Shown here piece after piece: positions 59,218-64,000 of a stretch of 64,000 nucleotides of DNA. The notes under the pieces were generated by a model. The model was not told the DNA's origin, made no database searches, and saw only the letters and a list, made by a program, of their open reading frames with translations. The first letter of the stretch is position 1, and every line of letters begins with the position of its first letter. The DNA is from a virus. A program made the position numbers and the translations under genes. Location: the IMG/VR virus record IMGVR_UViG_3300020048_000110; one strand, given 5' to 3'.

Positions 59218-59499
59218 TTACAAAGGTTTTTTAGAACCTATTTCATATTCACTTGGAGTATTGATCAACTTCAATAAGATGTATATATACTCTGCTTCAC
59301 TATAATCCATTCTATTTTTCTCTGCAAATTTAGTTAGAAGACTTAAACCGTTACCGTCATCCTCTATTTGAAATGCGATCCTATCTCTTATATGACTTGA
59401 CCAACTACTATCATTAGAAAAGTACAGTGTGTGTTTAGTATCATCTACTATTTCATAGTCAAAATCATATCTACCATCTACAAAAATCTGCTGTTTCAT
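59218..59499 (-). CDS. Hypothetical protein inside the tRNA-like cluster. Start set at the internal Met, because the ORF track N-terminus overlaps element E2
   Basis: MKQQIFVDGRYDFDYEIV... The longer ORF would run into the tRNA-like gene. Confidence 0.4.
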   Translation of the reverse strand: MKQQIFVDGRYDFDYEIVDDTKHTLYFSNDSSWSSHIRDRIAFQIEDDGNGLSLLTKFAEKNRMDYSEAEYIYILLKLINTPSEYEIGSKKPL

Positions 59500-59519
59500 T
59501 TTTATCTGTTTTAAATTTG

Positions 59520-59668
59520 TTGTCAGGACAGGATTCGAACCTGCAATTGTGGATTTCCAAGTAAGGACTCGTATGGGCTTTTTCCATTCCACACCCACGA
59601 TGAAACTATCCTTATCTTTTTGCGTCTACCACGTCAGGGAGAAACCCCTAACCTTCCGCCACCTGACT
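59520..59668 (-). ncRNA. Oversized tRNA-like element E2, about 149 nt
   Basis: AGTCAGGTGGCGG-AAGGTTAGGGGTTTCTCCCTGACGTGGTAGA-CGC ... GCAGG-TTCGAAT-CCTGT-CCTGACA. The D-loop carries a GGGG..CCC hairpin as in E1. It is alignable with E1 over its full length. Confidence 0.4.
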
Positions 59669-59675
59669 GTAAAAT

Positions 59676-59894
59676 TTACTTTTTAAAAGAAAACTTTTGC
59701 CCTAAAATCTCCAATCTTTGACCTAAAACTTGCAAATACTCATTCATCAATCTTGATTGTTTGTAAAGTAAATCTTTGTTTTGACGGTCTAAATCAACAA
59801 ATGCTTGAGTACGCATAAAATCGTTTAAGGCATTTGTCTTTATTGCTAATTCCTGTGCTTCAATAAGAAGTCTTTCGTAAAATGATTCTCCCAT
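59676..59894 (-). CDS. Small hypothetical protein, 72 aa, between tRNA-like genes
   Basis: ORF. Confidence 0.4.
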   Translation of the reverse strand: MGESFYERLLIEAQELAIKTNALNDFMRTQAFVDLDRQNKDLLYKQSRLMNEYLQVLGQRLEILGQKFSFKK

Positions 59895-59915
59895 TTTTAT
59901 TTAATTTAAAGTTAG

Positions 59916-60002
59916 TAGTCAGAACAGGATTTGAACCTGTATTGTTGAATTACCCAGCTTCAACTGCATAAGTATAGCGTCTACCAATTCCGCCACCTGA
60001 CT
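59916..60002 (-). tRNA. Class-II-type (Leu-like D-arm) tRNA or tRNA-like gene, 87 nt. I could not fold a canonical anticodon arm
   Basis: AGTCAGG-TG-GCGGAATTGGTAGACGC matches the bacterial tRNA-Leu D-arm, which I recall as GGUGGCGGAAUUGGUAGACGC (not checked here). It has a GTTGAA/TTCAAC hairpin with a 9-nt loop, T-arm ACAGG-TTCAAAT-CCTGT and acceptor 3' strand TCTGACT-A. Confidence 0.5.
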
Positions 60003-60009
60003 ATTTTTC

Positions 60010-60550
60010 GCTAATGTTAAAAACTGATTCAATCCTCCTAAAACACATTAACTTGGTACTTACTCTATATAGGCTCCCCAATCCTTTATATATCTTTACC
60101 TGAAACTTCTTTGGGTTGTTGATTGACCACTCCCACTTACTCAAGTAGTTTTTATTTAGCACCCTTTCTTATAGCTTACCGAGTTATCAGTTACGGAGCT
60201 TGTATAAGAGTAGGGTCACGTAGCTATACTAAATGTAAGGGTCTCTTACTAACTACTTGCTGAGAACTCATTTGTGTTAGTCTTTACTAGTTGTCGCAAC
60301 AACCTTGTAGCCACTCTATTTTCCTTTCTCAAGGGAACAACACATCTACCATTACTGATAGTATCTTTATGTAAAGTAGTCGCTCGAGGGCCTTTACTCC
60401 TATGGAGACTCAAGTGTTATTTTTAAGTTACCGACTTTTTACAAAGGATCAATGTTTAGCCTTTTATTAAAGCATTCTAGCTACATTGGGAGAACTGCCT
60501 TTCCCACGTTATTTAAGAGTATATCTTGCAGCGTATCTCACTAGGTTATG
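60010..60550. ncRNA. Candidate structured non-coding RNA: 540 nt with no ORF over 30 aa on either strand, and more GC-rich than its surroundings
   Basis: No ORF in six frames. It lies next to the tRNA-like cluster and is flanked by - strand genes. Confidence 0.25.
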
Positions 60551-60552
60551 CT

Positions 60553-61356
60553 TTATTTTACATTCTTTACAAACGGTAAACTACTTCCGGCAAATGTTGT
60601 TGGTAATACACCATTCCATTTGTTGATTGCTTTTTCTTGCATAATCTCTGCTGTTAAACCTCTTGAACGGATAACCAACTGTTCGGTTTTTAGTAACTCT
60701 AATTCATTCTTCTTACGTTGCTCTGAAATCTGTTGATCAAGTACTGAGATATTAGTATTTACTTCATTCCTACTATCAATCTTAGCTTTTACTTTGCTAG
60801 AAAAATCTAAATTCAAACTGAAACTCACTAATTCTAAACCAGCTTTATCAAATTCTTTCTTAACAATATCTTGAACATATTGTTCAAATTTTAAACTGCC
60901 ACCATTAACCATTAATTGGTCAGTAGTATAACCTCTTGAAGCTTCTTTAATAATATCATAAATTCTAGGCTCTAGTACGTTATCTTGTAGTGCAGTCATA
61001 AAATCTGATCCTGATCCTAACCTTGCGTTTTGGAATACTACATCTACTACTCTATTTTCCATTACTTTAAAAGAATAAATAGGTTTTGATGTGAATGCGG
61101 TATTATCTGCCGCTTTGATCTGCAAAACTCTGTCTGTACCCTCATCAGTAGTAAACTGCCCTCTTTGTTCCCAGGCCGGTACTTGAAATAACTCTGTGCC
61201 CGGTGGGAAGGTGCTAACCTTACCTTGTTGTTTGGTGTAATCAGATTTACCATTTTTACCATAATCTTCCATTAATACACCATAATAATTTGGTGCCACT
61301 CTCTCACAAGAAGTTAGTAATACAACTCCTAAAACCAATAATGCTAATTTTTTCAT
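60553..61356 (-). CDS. SPFH (band-7 / prohibitin-like) domain lipoprotein
   Basis: Signal plus lipobox LLTSC. The central region is consistent with the SPFH fold and has a C-terminal coiled coil (EQRKKNELELLKTEQL). Confidence 0.45.
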   Translation of the reverse strand: MKKLALLVLGVVLLTSCERVAPNYYGVLMEDYGKNGKSDYTKQQGKVSTFPPGTELFQVPAWEQRGQFTTDEGTDRVLQIKAADNTAFTSKPIYSFKVMENRVVDVVFQNARLGSGSDFMTALQDNVLEPRIYDIIKEASRGYTTDQLMVNGGSLKFEQYVQDIVKKEFDKAGLELVSFSLNLDFSSKVKAKIDSRNEVNTNISVLDQQISEQRKKNELELLKTEQLVIRSRGLTAEIMQEKAINKWNGVLPTTFAGSSLPFVKNVK

Positions 61357-61360
61357 TCTT

Positions 61361-61518
61361 CTATTTTTTTGTTTTAAATATTAATTTTGCTGAGATATAT
61401 AATCCTAACACAAAAACACCAATCCCAACCCAAGCGTTTATGTGGTTAAAAGTCCAAACTGTAATGTACAAGTAAATAGGTACTGATACGATCCTTAAAA
61501 AAAATCTCTCTATATTCA
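61361..61518 (-). CDS. Small two-TM membrane protein of 52 aa, not in the ORF track, immediately upstream of the SPFH gene. NfeD-like partner by position
   Basis: MNIERFFLRIVSVPIYLYITVWTFNHINAWVGIGVFVLGLYISAKLIFKTKK. Its stop lies 4 nt before the SPFH ATG. Confidence 0.35.
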
Positions 61519-61788
61519 TATTGTTTATTTATTAAAAAATCACACAATCCATCAAGATTGGTACACTTCCACTCTATCTTGTTACGCAGTTTTAGATACT
61601 GTTTTACTCAAAGTTGCTTCATATAATACTCAACAAACATAACACTTCTTGATAGTGTTTAGAATCGTCACATTATAGGCAAATGCTATAATAGGGCGTG
61701 ATTAAATCAATTTTAATTCTATTGTTTATTTTTCTACTGTGTGATTTATTTCTGCAAAGATATAATATTTATTTTAATCCTGCAAGTC

Positions 61789-62484
61789 TTATCCAAAAAA
61801 CTTTTTATAAACTTTATAATACTCCTCGATATTTTTTGCGGTCTTATCGAAAGACTTTAAGAAAGTTTCTGCTCTTTTCTTTGAGTAAGGTGTTGGAATG
61901 TATTCAATCTCTCCCGTTAATCGAAGCGGATACTTTTCTTGACCGTTCCCTTTTCTATCAAGTAGGATCACTCCAGAGTAAGCAATATGCTCTCCCTCTA
62001 ATTCTCTTTGATAAGCATACAACGTTGTTTGTTGATACTCCGGACCTCCATAAAAATCTTTTTTAGACTTTATAGCACCGGTTTTTAAATCATCAATAAC
62101 AAGATTTCCTTCGGCATCTAAATACTCCCTATCTATAAATCCTTGGATAACATAAGAACCTCTGTCAACTACGATCTCAACCTCATACAGGCTATTTGCA
62201 GGCCTGCCTATACGTTTAATAACATCTGTATCAAACTCAGAAAGATCTGAGCCATCCGTGTCTGTTTCAAACAATTTACCACACTTACCTCCAAAGTCTG
62301 TGAAGATATTACCTTCACCTCTTATTCCTAAGAAATAGTTAGCAAAGAACTCTCCTTTATATGCGTCTTCGTTAAACGAATTGTAGGCAGAGTAACTCAA
62401 TTTAGGTTTTCCTACGTGTTGTGGGTATTTGCCACCCTCATTCTCATAGACTTTTGGTAAGTCTAACATTTTTACTTCTGCCAT
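61789..62484 (-). CDS. PD-(D/E)XK nuclease of the RecB / lambda-exonuclease / Cas4-like family
   Basis: EVEIVVDRGSY... VIDDLKTG (hhDhK motif) ... EYQQTTLYAYQ (QxxxY motif). Confidence 0.5.
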   Translation of the reverse strand: MAEVKMLDLPKVYENEGGKYPQHVGKPKLSYSAYNSFNEDAYKGEFFANYFLGIRGEGNIFTDFGGKCGKLFETDTDGSDLSEFDTDVIKRIGRPANSLYEVEIVVDRGSYVIQGFIDREYLDAEGNLVIDDLKTGAIKSKKDFYGGPEYQQTTLYAYQRELEGEHIAYSGVILLDRKGNGQEKYPLRLTGEIEYIPTPYSKKRAETFLKSFDKTAKNIEEYYKVYKKFFG

Positions 62485-63554
62485 TATAGTGTATTTAAAA
62501 TTTCAATAATTTCTCCTCTTTTAGTCGCTTGTAACTCAGGTTTGTCTGACTTGAACATCTCCTGATTAATATAAAGATTGATCAAAATGTCTTCTAAAAT
62601 AGTCTTGTCCTTTTTAGTAGGTTTTTTCTTTTTTAAGATTACACTTAACTCTTCTTTAGTTTCATCGGTCATCTCAGTAGCATTTAAGATCTTATGTAAG
62701 ATTGGTAGTTTTCCAAACAATACATCCTCAGGCTCTCTAGTGTCTACTTTCTCTTCTTTTTTGATATTTGGTTTAGGTGCAGTTGGTTTTAAAGATACCT
62801 TTTCCTCTTCTTTCTTAGCTTCTTTTACTTCTACCGCTTCATCAAACCCAAATACTTTTTCTCCCTTAATCCTACGAATCACATTGAATGTAGCAATAGT
62901 ATCTAAAGTACAATACTTTGCAATTCTTTCTACTTCTCCTCGGTAATAGGCAGATCCTACTTCATCTCCAACTAAATCTACTTTACTAATAGGTATTGCC
63001 AATGCAGTACACAATGCTTGTAAAGAACTTCCGGAACCAGATCCTCCCATCTTCCAGATGTCTTGATTAGTACAAAGGTTTCTACTTTCCCATGGCTTTA
63101 AGTGAGCTGTATCTAACAATGTAGGTATTGTTAAACTGTTAATAATATACCTTTTGCATAAGAAAGGGAAATCAAAATACTTTGAAGCATGACCTACTAA
63201 TCTATAATTCTTACCCTCTACTCCTTCTGAGATCCTTTGTAAAAAAGCACCTAAGTCTTTAAGAAGAGTTGTTTCATCCTCTCCATAAAATTCTTTATAC
63301 TTAATCTTATCTTCGCCTACCATGAACACAAGACTAACCGCACATACTTTACTAAACTCTGCATACAATGATGCTGTCTTTTCCCAAGAATCAGATAACT
63401 CTTCAAAGAACGGTACTTCTCCTGATTGTTTATTTTTATACTCCCAAGCAGATTTCCATTCCGGAGATAAGTTCTCATACTTTTCTACAATTCTAACTGT
63501 TTCAATGTCAATCGCTACAAAGTGTTTTGTAGGAATGTCTCTTAATAATTTCAT
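62484..63554 (-). CDS. DEDDh 3'-5' exonuclease (DnaQ / RNase T-like) with a Lys/Glu-rich C-terminal extension
   Basis: Exo I AIDIETVR, Exo II LVGHASKYFDFPFL, Exo III YCTLDTIATF. Confidence 0.6.
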   Translation of the reverse strand: MKLLRDIPTKHFVAIDIETVRIVEKYENLSPEWKSAWEYKNKQSGEVPFFEELSDSWEKTASLYAEFSKVCAVSLVFMVGEDKIKYKEFYGEDETTLLKDLGAFLQRISEGVEGKNYRLVGHASKYFDFPFLCKRYIINSLTIPTLLDTAHLKPWESRNLCTNQDIWKMGGSGSGSSLQALCTALAIPISKVDLVGDEVGSAYYRGEVERIAKYCTLDTIATFNVIRRIKGEKVFGFDEAVEVKEAKKEEEKVSLKPTAPKPNIKKEEKVDTREPEDVLFGKLPILHKILNATEMTDETKEELSVILKKKKPTKKDKTILEDILINLYINQEMFKSDKPELQATKRGEIIEILNTL

Positions 63555-63570
63555 AGTTTTATATTTGTTT

Positions 63571-63891
63571 TTAAATTACTTCCCAAAGTGTTGCTGGTGT
63601 GCAATGTGCTTTAACGTTCTTTACGTTTTTAAATCCTTTTCTTTTAATTACTCCGGCTTTTGATGCCTTTACTACAATTCCTCCCCATGCTCTAGTGCTA
63701 GGAGGTACAGGTACAGTGCCTTGAGATGCTTCTCTAAGATCTTCTACCATAAACTCTTTATGGTTTTTAATGTAATGTAGTAAAAAGTTGTAAGCTTGGT
63801 CTGACCAACCATTTACTTCTACATTTGCGTGTTCAACCGCTTTTTTAATTCCTAGCTTCATTAGAAGACTACCTGTAATTTTTTTAAACAT
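63571..63891 (-). CDS. Hypothetical protein, 106 aa
   Basis: ORF. Confidence 0.4.
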   Translation of the reverse strand: MFKKITGSLLMKLGIKKAVEHANVEVNGWSDQAYNFLLHYIKNHKEFMVEDLREASQGTVPVPPSTRAWGGIVVKASKAGVIKRKGFKNVKNVKAHCTPATLWEVI

Positions 63892-64000
63892 ATCTAATTA
63901 TTTTAATTTTGACAAATGTACAATCTTTATTTTACTTATGCAAGCTTTTTATTAGAAATTATAATCGTAATGGTAAATAGGGTTGTTTGACATTATGAAA

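Noticed and set aside
60010-60550. RNase P RNA, tmRNA or group I intron identity for the 540-nt non-coding stretch
   Set aside because: No P4-like AGGAAAGUCC / GGACUUUCC motif, no tRNA-like 3' end with a CCA-terminal acceptor, and too short and too unstructured by eye for a group I intron. It is left as an unassigned ncRNA candidate
1-64000. CRISPR arrays or other direct-repeat/spacer structures
   Set aside because: No regularly spaced direct repeats were seen in any intergenic region. The repeats present are protein-level or short regulatory motifs

Overview
This window is a ~64 kb piece of an AT-rich (roughly 30% GC by eye) tailed dsDNA phage or prophage genome, and the regulatory signals point to a Bacteroidetes host. 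Positions 1-37272 on the + strand hold nine back-to-back giant ORFs of 601 to over 2060 aa, more than 95% coding. These look like virion, tail or ejected cargo proteins. Domain motifs are visible only in some of them: a lytic-transglycosylase N-terminus, an SF2 helicase, a zincin HExxH motif, a GNAT-like motif and Gln-rich tandem repeats. Three of the giant genes are preceded by canonical Bacteroidetes sigma promoters (TTTG-N20-TAnnTTTG), and a fourth has the -7 element with a weak -33. Two facing rho-independent terminators at 37278-37379 mark the switch to a long - strand array from 37385 to 63891. That array carries replication and nucleotide metabolism genes: family-A DNA polymerase, DnaB-like helicase, AEP-like primase, dNMP-kinase-like protein, dUTPase, ThyX, class I RNR alpha and beta, two metallophosphoesterases and a HAD-like phosphatase. 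It also carries a membrane-anchored glucosaminidase, many small genes, an endonuclease VII gene on the opposite strand, and a terminal recombination or exonuclease pair. Features the ORF track does not explain: (1) a cluster of tRNA and tRNA-like genes at 58144-60002 on the - strand, in which several members are 116-149 nt long with inserted hairpins; (2) a 540-nt ORF-free, GC-richer stretch next to that cluster, which is a candidate structured ncRNA; (3) at least six small ORFs under 60 aa that are coupled to neighbours by ATGA overlaps; (4) a repeated upstream motif and a paralogous small-gene pair; (5) an SPFH lipoprotein with a small two-TM partner. All functional calls rest on motifs read by eye. 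No database search was run.
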